Source of the DNA: Intoshia linei
Taxonomy: Eukaryota > Animalia > Orthonectida
Length of the DNA: 48,126 bases
Reading direction: 5' to 3'
NCBI GenBank assembly: GCA_001642005.1
Contig: LWCA01000142.1
Span: 1 to 48,126 of the forward strand
The notes below the pieces were generated by a model. That model saw only the letters and a program-made list of their open reading frames with translations. It ran no database searches and was not told where the DNA came from. Each line of letters opens with the position of its first letter. Position 1 is the stretch's first letter. Positions 11,901 through 24,966 of this stretch are shown in pieces. A program made the translations under genes and the position numbers.

Positions 11901-14900
11901 TTTTTACTTAGAAACCGAGAGAGACCACTAAAACATTTAATAGAGCAAATATATACTATTTCAACAACAGAAAAATCCATAATAAATAAAAATTTTTAAT
12001 TTCGTTTTAAAAATTATTATTTGTTTATCATAAGTAAGTATTAAAGCGGTTATAATATCTGTTTATCGATAATCCTTCTATTTAATAACTTCTTTTTGTT
12101 TTATGTATGATACTGAGTTTTTATAGAATACGCGACAATTCGATCAAATTGGATTTTTCCTTTTAGGATTGATAAAACTGGAATGTTCCCGTAAGGGTTG
12201 GTATATTTTGATTTTTAGTAAAAATGGTTGAATTTATGTAGACGCCCTTTATAAATATAGTAAACTTTTTTAATGTAAGGTTTACCCTCATCTTCAGGAA
12301 ACGGCATAATTTTTTGTGAATGAATGAGTACTTTTGCACCTGCAGCCTGGACAAACTGAGAAATGTATTCCCTTTGATCAATGAAAAGAGTCAATTTCAG
12401 ACCTATATTGATAATATATATATAATATAAGAGTAATAAGATAGGTAAAAATTTATCAAATTATAATATTAACATATATAAATACCTATACTTTAATTAT
12501 TGTTAATCCTAATATTACAAATTTGCAGAATGTACTTACAGGTTTACAGGTTTACAACTTAGTTACAGGTTTTCAGGAAAATCATTTTTCCCGTAAAAAC
12601 ATTCCTTAGTTATATAAAGTTAAATTGTTAAAAATATGTGTCTGTCTGTGTGTCTATCTGAGCCAGAAATTTCAAAAAAAAAATTTTAAATAAGTTTTCT
12701 AAATTTCCGGCGTATAAAGTAAGATTAGTATTCATTGATAATGTACCATGTTGATTTCCAGGCTTATAGCTACGATATACTGGGTGAGATTGATTCCATC
12801 CAGAATTGAAAGTAAAGCAGTTTCCATTGACAGTCGAAAAAAAACGTACAAAATCTCTAAAATTATTAATATTAATTCTTACTTTTATAATATGCTGTGA
12901 AATATTTGTTTCTGTGTTTGTTTGTTACCGTTTATTTCAATAACTACCAATCTTAGAATTTTATAAACTCTACATTTCAATTGCAGTTGTTTCCGGTGGT
13001 GTTGGGAAAATAAATTGCAACCTCCCAAACTCACATCTTACGGGTCAAAAAGCCTAATTGTCCTTTTTTTTGAAAATAAAACAAGTTGGAGAATTTAAAA
13101 AAAAATATATACGCTGATACGGATTTTAAAATCATAAACATTATCATAAATTTAAATGCTGATGCGGATTTTAAAATCATAAACATTATCATAAATTTAA
13201 ATTTAAAAAAATACACTGATGCGGATTTTAAAATCATAAACATTATCATAAATTTAAATTTAAAAAAATTATATTTTCAAAGCCAAAACCCAAATTACTC
13301 TTCTTTTTTTATGAAAACAGCCCTATAATTAAAAAAAATTACAGATGGTACATTTGTATCCTGTTAACACACATAAAAAATTTCAATCCGAATAAGTGAC
13401 GACTTCAGGGTCAAAAATGCATTTTAGTATTCATATATTTTTTTTCGAAATATTTTATTAACAATATTGTAAAACATAAAATGTGAAATAATTACAGTCC
13501 GAAAATTTAAAAAAAAGATTATTCTGATAGAGCTTATTCCAGTTGATGTAAATACAAAATTTCAACTCCAGAAATCTACGCATTACCGGTAAATATAATT
13601 TTTAATATATTATCAACACATTTTTCAAATATTTCGATTAAAATAAATATTGAAAAAGTAAATATTGATCCTACAATTTCATAAAAAATGTTCATTTAAC
13701 GTTTTCAAATTTCCAATGAAAAAATATGGGTGAAAATCTATATAATTCATTCCTTCGCAATTTTTCAATCTCAAATTCTTATTTTCAAAACATTTTTTTA
13801 AAATTTAAATTAAGACTTCAACAACGAATTACTAAAAGAATACAACTTTGTTATTATCATTTTTACATTTATTACAATTCTTTGTTTGTCTGAGTTTTAC
13901 TGTACTGAGTTTATAAAAAAATTAAGTTGAACACACTACGTAGTAAATATATTGTATATGTATTTATTATAATTATAGATAAATTTTAGATACTAAATGA
14001 GGTTTTCATTGATAAATATGCTAGATTTTATTTTTGTTAATTAAGAAGTTACATAAAAGTAAATTTTCAATTTCGATATTAGACATCTTTTTGGCCCCAA
14101 ATTAATCTAATGATGTAAATATTACTTTTTCATACATCCATATCCATTATAATTACAATCAAGGATGAATTCATTTAAAGTATAACCCATTTTTTCTTTT
14201 TCTTTGAGAGATTTCTTATCAAATAGATTTAAGAATTTATTCCGTTTGTCGTCTTGTTCGGCCGAAATACGTCCACTTTTATCTTTATATGACCCTAAGA
14301 TCAATAAAATTAATAATCATTATAATCAATTATATTATTATTATTCATTCGTTTAGCTCACCAGTTGATAACCCTTTGAAAAAAATGGAACCACAAAAAT
14401 AACAGAAAATGTAGAATTACAACCAAAATTACTCAAATTAATAAAAATTACAGGTTGAGATTTACGACAATATTAATGATGTCAAAACGCTTCCCAGAAT
14501 ACATGTTCTTTAAAATTCGAATACTCATTTTATTATATATAAAACAAACAAAAAAAATTATTTCGAAAGAAATTTTCAATAAAACATTACTTTCGAAAAA
14601 CACTACTTTAACTTTTGTTATTATAACTCTACGTCAATTACTTTCTTAACAGTTTATTAGGTGTAAATATAAGTAACAAATAAATAAATATAAATTAATT
14701 TATATATGTAAGGATTTTATATATGTATGAGTTGTCTGTTATGTACTTCGTACAAACACCACATAAAAATTAAGTTATTTAAATTATATTGCTTTTAATT
14801 TTTTATTTATTGTTAATCGATGACTCACTGACAGTCTGTGTGAGTCACACAGTATGACACAGACATTACTTTTTATACATGAAAAGGATTTCCAACTTAA

Positions 14901-17789
14901 TATAGCAATTTACTATTTATTGTTCCAGTTTAAACTAAAAATAAACCTCTAGAAAAAGGACTGTCCATAATATCGTTTTCTGAAAAAGAAACCTTGTGTT
15001 CTTGATAAACTTGTTCAGTCGGTAGGTCTAGATATATATACATTGTACAACAGAAACAATTAAGAAGTAAAATATATACTTTGGTTGTTCGATTCAATAC
15101 CAATTCCTTGCAAGTTTTGATTAATGGAATTTGGATCAAAATTTTCATCTGAGAAATTGTTAAATTCGCTTCTATCAGGATTTTCTTCTATTATAACACC
15201 TTCCCCAAATACTTGTTGTTGATTTTCTTGAATTTTTCGTTGTTCATCTATATTTTAACATTACAATTATTATTACAACAACATTCATTAATTTAGTTTG
15301 CTAAATATAATTACCAGTTGGTTCCGGTGGAGGTTCATTTAGCTGCTTAGGGTCCATGGTGCCTCCTTCCAGATTTGGATCCATCGTTCCTCCGTCGGGT
15401 GCAGGTTCTATACCTCCTTCTGTACCTCCATCGGGTGCAGGTTCCATACTTCCTTCTGTACCTCCATCGGGCGCAGGTTCCGCACTTCCTCCTGTACCTC
15501 CATCGGGTGCAGGTTCTGTACCTCCATCTGGTGAAGGTTCGGTGCCCCCCGTTGGAGCAGGTTCAGATGTATCTATTATAAAACATTATATTAAAAGGTG
15601 GGCTTAAAAAATTTCTAATGGCATGTCATAGAGCAGGTGTTCTTAAACTGAATTATTACAAATTACTTTTCAAAGAATGAGGGAAGCTTTTTTATTGTTT
15701 ATATATATTTTGTGCCAGTGCTTGGTAAAATGTTGATTACCTGATGTAATTTTAAGGAAAATTTAAATCAGGGATTCTATATCTGGGAGATTTATTTTAA
15801 CAATAAAATTATTTTTAAATTGATATTATAAATTCCTTATACATTTCATTCAACAACTTAGAGCCGTGGATATCCAGCTCGAGGCCACCGAAGATAAAAA
15901 TATTCCCATCAATTTTTTTTCGAAAACATGAACTTTATATTATAACGCGGGTCGCATAATTGAAAACCTTGGTATAGAGCTTTTCAAAATATAGGTGGAG
16001 ACTGCATGCCAGCGTCCCTTCTTAACATGGCTTGAAAAATTTGATATTAACAAATAAAATTTTATAAATATCAAAATTGTTTCACATAAATTTTTATTTT
16101 TATTTTTTATACATTTTTTATAATGTATTTATTCATGATCACAATTTTAACATTAGTTATGGACTTATTCCATTATTATTGTTCTAATTTAATTTTATTA
16201 ATTAAAATTATTGTTAATTAATTAAAACTGTTAGTTTAATAATTGTATGAGTAAAAATTTTACATTTGGGCCATCCACGAAAATTGAGTTAGACACCCCT
16301 CATCTATTAATTTCCTAAGCCGAAAATTTTCATAATTTGTTTTATAACAATAATACCGGTCGGTGGAGGTTCTTGTCGACGTTTTCTAGTCTGAGTAGTA
16401 GAATCAGAAAAATCTTTGAATGTTGCGTCATTTTTTAAAACAGATAACTTTATCGGGTTATTATTACACAAAGTTACAGCTGGAAACATGAGATTTCTTT
16501 CATATTTCAATTTTAAGACTACATTAACATCGTAAGAAATGTATTTGTTTATTAGCAGATACAAATTGTATCCTAACCCACACAAAGCTGCCACAAACAA
16601 TAAAAACCATAAAGTCTTTTTGATGGGACCTATAAAAATATAGCTTTGATAATACAGGCTAATTCCTCGTTTATTGGAATAATTGGTCCTGAAAAAATCT
16701 CATTCCGTTAAAGAGGAATTTTTTATAAATAATTTATACATTAAAACAGTGGTTTCCGATTGAATCCAAAATTATATGGCTGGGGTTCGTGAGACTCAAA
16801 TAAAATATAGAAAAATTTTGATCAACTTTTGTCTATTTTTATAAAAGTTTTAATATTTATTACAGAGTTTCTAGATGCTAATTGTCCAAAACCCCAAACG
16901 ATCGCTACATTATTATTTAAAAAATACTAATTTTATACCACTATTAATCAAATTTAATAAAAAATACCATTGAAATCCCTCAGAGAAAAATCCGATTTTA
17001 CTAAATCTTATAAAAAACCTTTTATTCCAACCCAAAAATAAAACTCCAATATTACCAACGTTTAATGAAAATATCCTCTTTTTCCAATATTATTTTGAAA
17101 AATCCGATTTTACTAAATATTATGAACAACAACTTCTTATTCCAAAATCCAAAACAAAAAATGAAATTTTACCAACCCTCAATAAGAAATCATCTTTTTC
17201 CAATATTTTTTTAAAAAACACGATTTTACTAAATCCTATGATTAAAAATGTTTAATTTTTTTATCAATTTTTTATACTTGATGTTTCCCTTGCGGTCCAT
17301 AAAAATAAATATTTTGATTTTTGTTCCACTTACCTACAATTTGTATATTTGCAGGTCATTTGATTTCATATAATTAACCATTATTATCATCATTAATCAA
17401 GAAGAAAATAAAATGTTTTACGTATTTAAAGCTTTTAATTTGAACCGAAAAAGTTTAATATAATTATGATGCTAGTCATTTTAAGTTAAAATTTAACAGA
17501 ATTTTTATACTTTAGAAAAATTCACAGTCCGTTATTCATGAATTTTTCCCCGTTATAAACGAATTCCGTTAAACAGGAATTAGGCTGTATATTAAAAATA
17601 TTAATACATATAATAAAAAAAAAGAATACCTCTTGCATTATAAACGTGAGGTATCCCATGAGCAGAAGTGTGAGTTTCAAATCCTTCCCATATTTGTCCC
17701 GTTGATAATGTACGAGGATCTGAATCGATAAACTCATCAGTGGTTAAAATTCCATATAGTATTCTTCTTTTCTTTAAAGTGTCGTCCAT
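8974..17789 (-). CDS. DEG/ENaC (amiloride-sensitive sodium channel family) subunit, 14 exons, ~740 aa
   Basis: Phase-consistent GT-AG exons: 17630-17789, 16357-16629, 15315-15572, 15080-15247, 14947-15027, 14126-14294, 12747-12856, 12286-12402, 11026-11183, 10843-10975, 10399-10471, 10303-10360, 9335-9490, 8974-9282 (2223 nt). Motifs: TSAHG, TM1, FPAVTLCNNNP, GNCFTFN, GLKLTL, PFPEDEG, Cys-rich thumb (CLKTC..CNC..CSCPSPC), WPS, DVGGILGLYIGFS (TM2 with GxS filter). Confidence 0.95.
9559..10020. mobile_element. hAT-type MITE in an ENaC intron
   Basis: TIRs caggggtgcacaacct / aggttgtactcccctg with a perfect 8-bp TSD gtctaatc (9551-9558 and 10021-10028). Confidence 0.9.
11332..11698. mobile_element. 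MITE with ~25-bp TIRs in an ENaC intron
   Basis: cagggattggaattaattgattgcaa / ttgcaatcaattatttccaatccctg; partially matching 8-bp flanks. Confidence 0.8.
12875..13428 (+). mobile_element. Helitron-like non-autonomous repeat with an internal ~45-55-bp triplication
   Basis: Starts (a)ttcttact.ttataatatgct followed by a TG-rich tract; ends with a weak tgac...gtca hairpin then ttagt; no TIRs or TSD; four copies in the window; the unit ggattttaaaatcataaacattatcataaatttaaat occurs three times at 13115-13262. Confidence 0.6.
15330..15565 (-). repeat. Coding tandem repeat (EPAPDGGT-like, 6 units plus degenerate copies) in ENaC exon 3
   Basis: GC-rich 24-36-nt units (gaacctgcacccgatggaggtaca) read in frame in the spliced ENaC model. 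Confidence 0.9.
15634..15971. mobile_element. Degenerate hAT-type MITE
   Basis: caggtgttcttaa / ttgaaaaccttg ends; flanks tcatagag / gtatagag. Confidence 0.5.
16655..17587. mobile_element. pogo/Tigger-like MITE with a nested hAT-type element (from 16748), filling ENaC intron 1
   Basis: TA-flanked TIRs caggctaattcctcgttta..ggaat / attccgttaaacaggaattaggctg; the inner element start cagtggtttccgattga matches the family at 41455-42411. Confidence 0.75.
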
Positions 17790-19699
17790 TGTTTACTAAA
17801 TGATAACACATTCCAATATGTATTTTTTTTTGATTACCATTATGTTTAACTATAAATAATACCAAATGTATATGTTAACATATAATCTGATTCAATTCAT
17901 TCGTGAGAATTAACAATGTATGAATATTTAAGGTAGTGAATAATTTAAAGTTTATTATATTTGGAACACTACAATGTATTTGTACTAACGTCTAAGTTGC
18001 TCATATCTATTCTAATGTAACACAAAGTACATATTTACCTCTTAGCTTTTGTAGTTTCCCAGAAATTGTATATGGGCCGCAAATTGTGATCTAATTTTTT
18101 CATTTGGTACACTGATTTAAATATAGTGACGCTAAACAAATTATATACCAATTTACGTTTATTTAAAGACATAAAAATTAATAAGGATTGACAATGCAGG
18201 AATCCATTGTTATGAATTACAATATCCTCGGAATAATAAATAAATTTAACCTGTATCAATTATTGCAAATTATTGAATTTATGGGGAAAATTTTGTTTGA
18301 GCTAAATAATTAAGAATTTGTTTATTTTATAATTTTACAATTAGTTAACAACAATAATGATAAATAAAAGCAAAAATTATAATCTTATAAACTCATATCC
18401 TTAGAGTAGAGTTTTTTACAGTGGATGGTAGAGAATTAAATGTTACGGTACGCCGTCATCAGTGCAGATTAAATACGAGGATACAGGCGGTTAATGAAAT
18501 ATTTTCAAGGACCAGTTAGTAAAAACCGGACATAAATGGCTCTGAAAACGAGATTTTTGAATTCTTCATAAAAATTTATTAAAAATTCATGAATATTCGC
18601 ATTATAGTTTTCGTGCTAATTTTTACTTGTAGTTGATCAAATACATGAAGTAAATGATTTTTTCACCGTGAAGATGTCAATACCTAGAATGGAAATTTAC
18701 GATAATACACTAGCCTTGAAATCCTATTTTAAAAATTGTGTTTTTTAAAAGTCTAGGTCCCTTACTAATTTAAAATTACCGGAAAAGCATTTTGTATATA
18801 CAATGAAGCCGATTGAGTGATCACTGATTACATTGGAACACACAAAGCAGTTTTGAGCAGCAAAGCACTATAATCTGCTTATACTGTAGCTACTACAGTT
18901 TAGTACCGAGGTAAGAAAAGTTCGGTATTAAGGCCGCATGCGCACTTCTGAACAATTTGAATTGTTCAAATAAAATTTTAAAAAGATTAATTTTGGAATT
19001 TTTTTTAGAGTATATTATTCTTTGGTAGATATATTCATTGTTTGACTGTTGTATAGTAATTACTTAACCAAAAAATGGCATGGATTAATTTAACCTTTAA
19101 TTTTATTCGTTTTCCGTTATATACATGACGAAATGTTATGTAAATTAGTGTTAACTTTTACTACTTTTGCCAATTAAAAAAAAAGTATATTTCAGCATCT
19201 GGGTTTTTTGCTATGCTGAACAAAACGGTAAAAAAATTTTTTAATTTCGTTAAGAATAACCCTCGTACATTTGTTATTTATCAACAATCTACCAAAAAAT
19301 AAAAATAAAGTTAATTTCAGTTAAAATTAGTAAGTTACCATCATTATTTGTGTACCTGTAACACTGGAATGGCGGGACTTCGATTAATTTCATGTAGTTA
19401 CAACATTTACATGTATTTCTTCGATTAATAATACATGATTTTATATACTATTCTTCGATTTGTGCTGTCAAAACTATTATTATATTCAAAAAGATATATA
19501 CGATAAATATAATTTCTTACATACATGCCGTCTACTAATTTTAAAGACAACAAAATATTATGACATAGCTTCCTTATTAATAAAAAAATATTTTTGAAAA
19601 AACCAAAATAAAAAAAATTATCAATAAAATAGTTAAAATCACAATAAATAACGTGTCCACAATTATAACAACACTAAGTTTTATTATTATTACTACATA

Positions 19700-20720
19700 A
19701 ATTACATAATGATTGTTTTCAATAGCAATGACTATAATCAATTCGTTACCCTCCTACCTTCAATATTTCGATTTGAATTGAGTTTGTCAGTTTAATAAAC
19801 GTTGCATCAGCGATAGTCCGCCATATACTCATTAGCGCTATTCGTAGTTCACCTAGATGACTATATTGTTTATTTCCAGCATAGAGTTGTTTCGCCATGA
19901 TACCAAATACTTTTTAAATAGGGTTGATATCTGGAGAGAGATCAGGCCACTCTATAATATCGTTACAATGGTTATTTAAAAACGTTTTTTTTAAGTGAGA
20001 CGTGTGACAACTGGCATTATCTTGTTGAAACACTAAATTTTTCTTTAATTCGTCGCTAATAGGAAAAATAGGGATGAGGTTTTTCTCTAAAATACTAGTG
20101 TATTTGATTGAACTTATATTACCGTCAACTTTGACTGTACACTTAATACCTCCACTGGAGAAAGCACCCAAAATCATAATACCTTCTCCACTGAACCTTC
20201 CATTCACTGTTACAAGAATTTTATCACGCAAATCATGCCAATAATAATTGTAATCAACTGATCCATCTAAATTAAATATTTTTTCGTCTGTCTAAATGAT
20301 ATTTTTTTTGTATCTATTTTTTTTTAAGATAGGCCTCTGCCCATTTTACTTTTGCGAACTAGTGTCTTGGAAGAATTTGATGTATTGGTTTATATCTAAC
20401 TAGAATAATATTTGGGCTTGCTTTGATCACATTGTAAACCAAAGATTTAGACACTTTTAATTTTTTTGAGCTCATAATTGCAGCAACATCCCCTACTCCT
20501 TATGCAGGATTAAATTTCACCTCATTATCGTACTTTTTATTCTATCAGAGAGTCTAGGCTTAGCACCAACTCTTTTTCTTCCATCGTCATATCCTTGGGT
20601 ATCACTTAAAAATGATGGAACAATATGGAATGATCTATTTGTTGAAAAATTACGGTTTAAACGAGCAGCTATTTTTTTATAAAACCTGCGCTTTTGATTG
20701 TCACAGTATTTTGCTCCAAT
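19700..20720 (-). mobile_element. Decayed Tc1/Tc3-like transposase
   Basis: N-terminal HTH-like KKIAARLNR...GAKPRLS and catalytic FQQDNASCH...IIEWPDLSPDINPI; multiple stops and frameshifts. Confidence 0.9.
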
Positions 20721-20997
20721 AATAAAAATAAATAAAAAATTATAAAATATTGCTGTTTATTTTTGCTATTAATAGAAATCAATTTTTCTGTTAAATTAAA
20801 AAGCACTTGGTGTCTGCACAACAAAAAACAGCAGCACTGTTTCCATCCCTGCTCATGACAGACTTTCAATTACACAATACATCTGAATAAGTTGTAATAT
20901 TACATGGTTACTGCAATTGTTGATTTTTAATTGTTTTGTTTGCTTCATTAATTGAATTTTAAAAAATTAACAAACTGTCATTACAAATATTATAAAG

Positions 20998-23726
20998 ATG
21001 TACTCTAAAAACGTTAAAACTTGCTTTAATTGTGACTCTGCTGATCATCTCGTCAGGAATTGTAAAAAGATTCGTAGGAAGAATGTACTAAAAGGTAATT
21101 ATGTTTTTGTTTATTTTAACAAAATTGTATTTTTTAAATTATGAAATATATGTAAAATTTAAATGTATATTTACAATGTTAAAAAAATGTTTGAATGTAA
21201 CAGACTTGAGCAAAATACTTTGTAAATATTGTGCTGTCTTTATGATTTATGGTAAAATCGGCACAGACATCATTATGCTTTGATGCTTCAATTTTTATTC
21301 TAAAAAAAATATTCTTATATATTTTTTTTGTATTTGAACCTTATCTTAATTTAGGATTTTAAATCATTTTCATATTAGCTCCCGTTTTGAATAAAATTTT
21401 TTTCAATTTGACTTAACATTACAACAAAGGATTGGTTTTCTTAACCTTTAAAGCAGCCATTCTCAACGGGGTCCATAAAAATTATATACATTTATTACAT
21501 ATTATAGACATTTTGACTAACATAAAGGACTCAGAAATACTAATATAAAACATGCAAATCTTGTAAAAGTAAATTCTTTGGTATAAAATTAAATTACTTA
21601 CAAGTGTAAAAACTTATTGGGAAACCTTTATTGTTCTATTTTAGGAGCAGCGTTTTTATTATTTTTATTAAAATTTATGACCGAGCCAAGTTTCTAGTCA
21701 TAAAAAAAGCTTTAAATTTCGTATTGACGTTGGGACAAACAATCAATCAATATTCATGATTCTATGAAACATTAACCAAGGAATATAAAATATTAATTTT
21801 TCACAGGGATGATATTACTTTTTATTGATCTGATAAAATATATAGTAAACAATTAATAATCTATCGTAAACAATACCTGAACAACATGTTGCATTTTGGG
21901 AACATTAACGGGTTAAAGGTTAATATTAATAGTTCATCAAGTTTATCATCTCGCAAAAATAGAGTATTCCATGTCTATTGACCATCATTCGTTTCACTCA
22001 AATGTAATAATTCATTAAAAATTTTCATTATTATTAATTTTTTTGGGGTGCACAGGTTTTTTGTAATATCATCTTAGGGGTCCACAGCGAAAAAGGGTTG
22101 AGAATGTCTGCTTTAAAGTATGCATTTTTTCACTTCAACACCTCAGTAATATATATTCTTACTTATATAATATGCTACGCCATATTTGTTTGAGTGTGTT
22201 CCACTTTATTTCAATAACTTCCAGTCTTAGAATTTTATAAAGTCCTCATTTCAATTACAGTTATTTCCAGGTGATAATAAGATAAATTTCAGCCTCCCAA
22301 ATTTACATCTTACCAGTCAAAAACCCCAATTATCTTTTTTTTGAAAATCAAACGAGTTCGAGAATTTAAAAAAATCTATACTCTAATACGGACTTTAAAA
22401 TCATAAACATTATCATAAATATAAATTTAAAAAAATTATGTCTTCAGGATCAAAACCCCAAATTACCTTTTGTTTTTTTATGAAAACAGCCCTAGAATTT
22501 AAAAAAATTTACAGGTGGTACAGTTGTATCCTGAAAAAAATTTCAATCTGAATAAGTGACGACTTCACGGTCAAAAAAACATTTTAGTTTAATATATTAT
22601 TTTTCCGAAATATTTTATGAATATGAGTCTTGAATATTATTCCCTGTAGGTCACTTAAATTGAAATATTTATGTTATTTTCTAGAGAATGGCTCATGTAG
22701 ACTTTGCAAAAGTATTATCATTAAAAATATTGTTTTTAATTAATATAAAAAAATTCTATGAATATATTTCCACTTTTTTATATTTTTAGTAAATTCTTAC
22801 GTATTTTTATAGTAATAAAAAAATATTTAAAGTATTATTACACTTACTTTATCAAAAATAGGGTATATGTAGACTTTTCCAACACACTTGTATCCACTCA
22901 AAGTGTCACATTAATTATTTTGCGGGCCACCGATTGCAAATAGCTGTTGCATGTAATACCTTCAATAACTCTTATTATTAAGTTGTCATTATAATAATTT
23001 TTAATCAATTAACTTTTTAGAAATTTTTTTATAACTTAGGACCTTATAAATTAAAAAATTACGTGAAAAAGAATAAGAATCAGTGGTGTAGAAATAAATA
23101 TCTGAAATCAACATTTATGATGAAACTTTTGCGGCTAAAAATTTCTGAGGACGGTATCTGGTACGGCTCTGTAAAAATTATATTTTAAATGGGTTCTTAT
23201 CAAATATTATAATTTTGAAACCGATTATTATTGAAACTTTAATACATGTATTATTATTATTTGTTAATTAAATTCTAGAATGCTTGTGTTGTGGTCAAGT
23301 GGGTCACACACGGCCATACTGTAACATTTCAGAACTCTGCAAGCGATGTGGTGACGTCGGCCATCACATTGGTATTTGCTTGTATGAACCAGGAGAATAT
23401 ATTGCTTTTGGTAATTTTTAATATTTATACTTATATTTTCTTTCGACTATTATTTAGCAAATTAGGGGTGTCCACAACTTTATATAATAATTGCAGGGAC
23501 CTAATTTATATTTATTCAAAATTTTCACACAAAAAAAGTTTATTATTTACAATTTAATAATTAGGAGATTAAAATTTAATGTGGAGTCGCCAACTGTTAA
23601 TAATATTATAATACATATATAATGATTATGTGATAATATATTTTTAGAAAATGACACTTGCAAAACAAAATTTTTATACTACATATTTTCATATATTTTA
23701 ATTTAGATGAAGAGCAGCAGAATTAA
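20998..23726 (+). CDS. Small triple-CCHC zinc-knuckle protein, paralog 1 (82 aa)
   Basis: Exons 20998-21094, 23279-23410, 23707-23726 give MYSKNVKTCFNCDSADHLVRNCKKIRRKNVLKECLCCGQVGHTRPYCNISELCKRCGDVGHHIGICLYEPGEYIAFDEEQQN*, with three perfect C-x2-C-x4-H-x4-C motifs and phase-1 GT-AG introns. Confidence 0.8.
22156..22588 (+). mobile_element. Helitron-like repeat copy
   Basis: Collinear with 12875-13428 and 24099-24539. Confidence 0.7.
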
Positions 23727-23832
23727 CATCATTCTTCATTACTCCTTATCTTTTATAATGTTTGAGTACATTGAAATGTACTCATTTTACTCTACAATAA
23801 ATTTATATTATATCCAATATTTTGGTTTTAGT

Positions 23833-24004
23833 TAAAGTGGCCAGAAAAAATACATACTCTCAATTTTAGTTTATTTGGTGATAAATGTAAAGCCAAAACT
23901 ACTTATATGTAATAATTCATCATTGATGATGAATAAAAATTTTGGGCTTTAAATTTATTTCAAATAAACTAAAATTGAGAGTATGTATTTTTCTGGCCAC
24001 TTTA
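23833..24004. mobile_element. Palindromic TA-flanked MITE (Tc1/mariner type)
   Basis: ~45-bp near-perfect TIRs taaagtggccagaaaaa(a)tacatactctcaattttagtttatttg. Confidence 0.85.
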
Positions 24005-24098
24005 TTTTAGTGATTAAAGTATCGATGTTCATTGCAAAAACTGACATTGACTGATGCACAAAAGAATATCCGCCTAAATTGTATTATTCTACTATTCT

Positions 24099-24539
24099 AT
24101 TCTAAATGTATAATATGCTATGCAATATTTGTTTGTGTGTTACAGTTTATTTCAATAACTACCAGTATTAGAATTTTATAAAGTCGACATTTCAATTAAA
24201 TTTTTTACGGGGTGTTAGCAAAATTATTTCAACTTCCCAAACTCACATTTTACGGGTTAAAAAGCCCAATTGTTTTTTTTTTTTGAAAATCAAACCAGTT
24301 CGAGAATTTAAAAAAATATATACTCATATACGGATTTTAAAATGATGGATCTTATCATAAATTTAAATTCAAAAATATTACATCTTCAAGGCCAAAACCC
24401 CAAATTACCTTTTTTTTTAATGAAAACAGCCCTAGAATTTAAAAAAAATTACAAGTGGTATAGTTGTATCCTGTTAATACACACAAAAAATTTCAATCTG
24501 AATAAGTGACGACTACACAATCAAAAAAGCATTTTAGTA
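24099..24539 (+). mobile_element. Helitron-like repeat copy
   Basis: Collinear with 12875-13428 and 22156-22588. Confidence 0.7.
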
Positions 24540-24966
24540 TTCATATATTTTATTAAAACAGAAAATATTAACTTACCAATATTTTGCCTAATTCGATCAT
24601 TGCGCAAGTTCATTAATAAGCCATTTTCAGATTTAGTTATGTGATTGTAATTTTATTAAAAATGGCATCTAATCTACATGGTATGTTTTTTAATTTCTTT
24701 AAAAATTTTTTTAAATGTCACATCTATTACAAACACATTCTTAGCAATTTACTATATATGAGAAAGAAAATTTTAATTAATTTCATAAAATTGTTTGTAT
24801 GCATCATAAGAGACTGCATTTGCGCTAAGCCTGTTTTACAAAATTGTTTTTTGCATAGTGATAATTGTTTATAATTAAAATTATAGTAATTCATTATTAT
24901 TGAATTTGTTTCATTAACAGAATTTTCATAAGTTGTCGATACGGATTATCAAATACATTTTATTTA

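Noticed and set aside
13031-13328. Overlapping ORFs with repeated FKIINIIINLN / MIMFMILKS peptides
   Set aside because: Produced by the internal triplication in a non-coding repeat; other copies have a single unit.
15356-15607. Plus-strand ORFs with PPSGAGS repeats
   Set aside because: Antisense shadow of ENaC exon 3, which has in-phase splice sites on the minus strand.
21204-22910. Extra CxxC-containing segments (LCKYC at ~21220, SCRLC at ~22695) as additional knuckle exons
   Set aside because: No complete CCHC spacing or stop-free splice path was found, and paralog 2 has no counterparts. They could be decayed exons.
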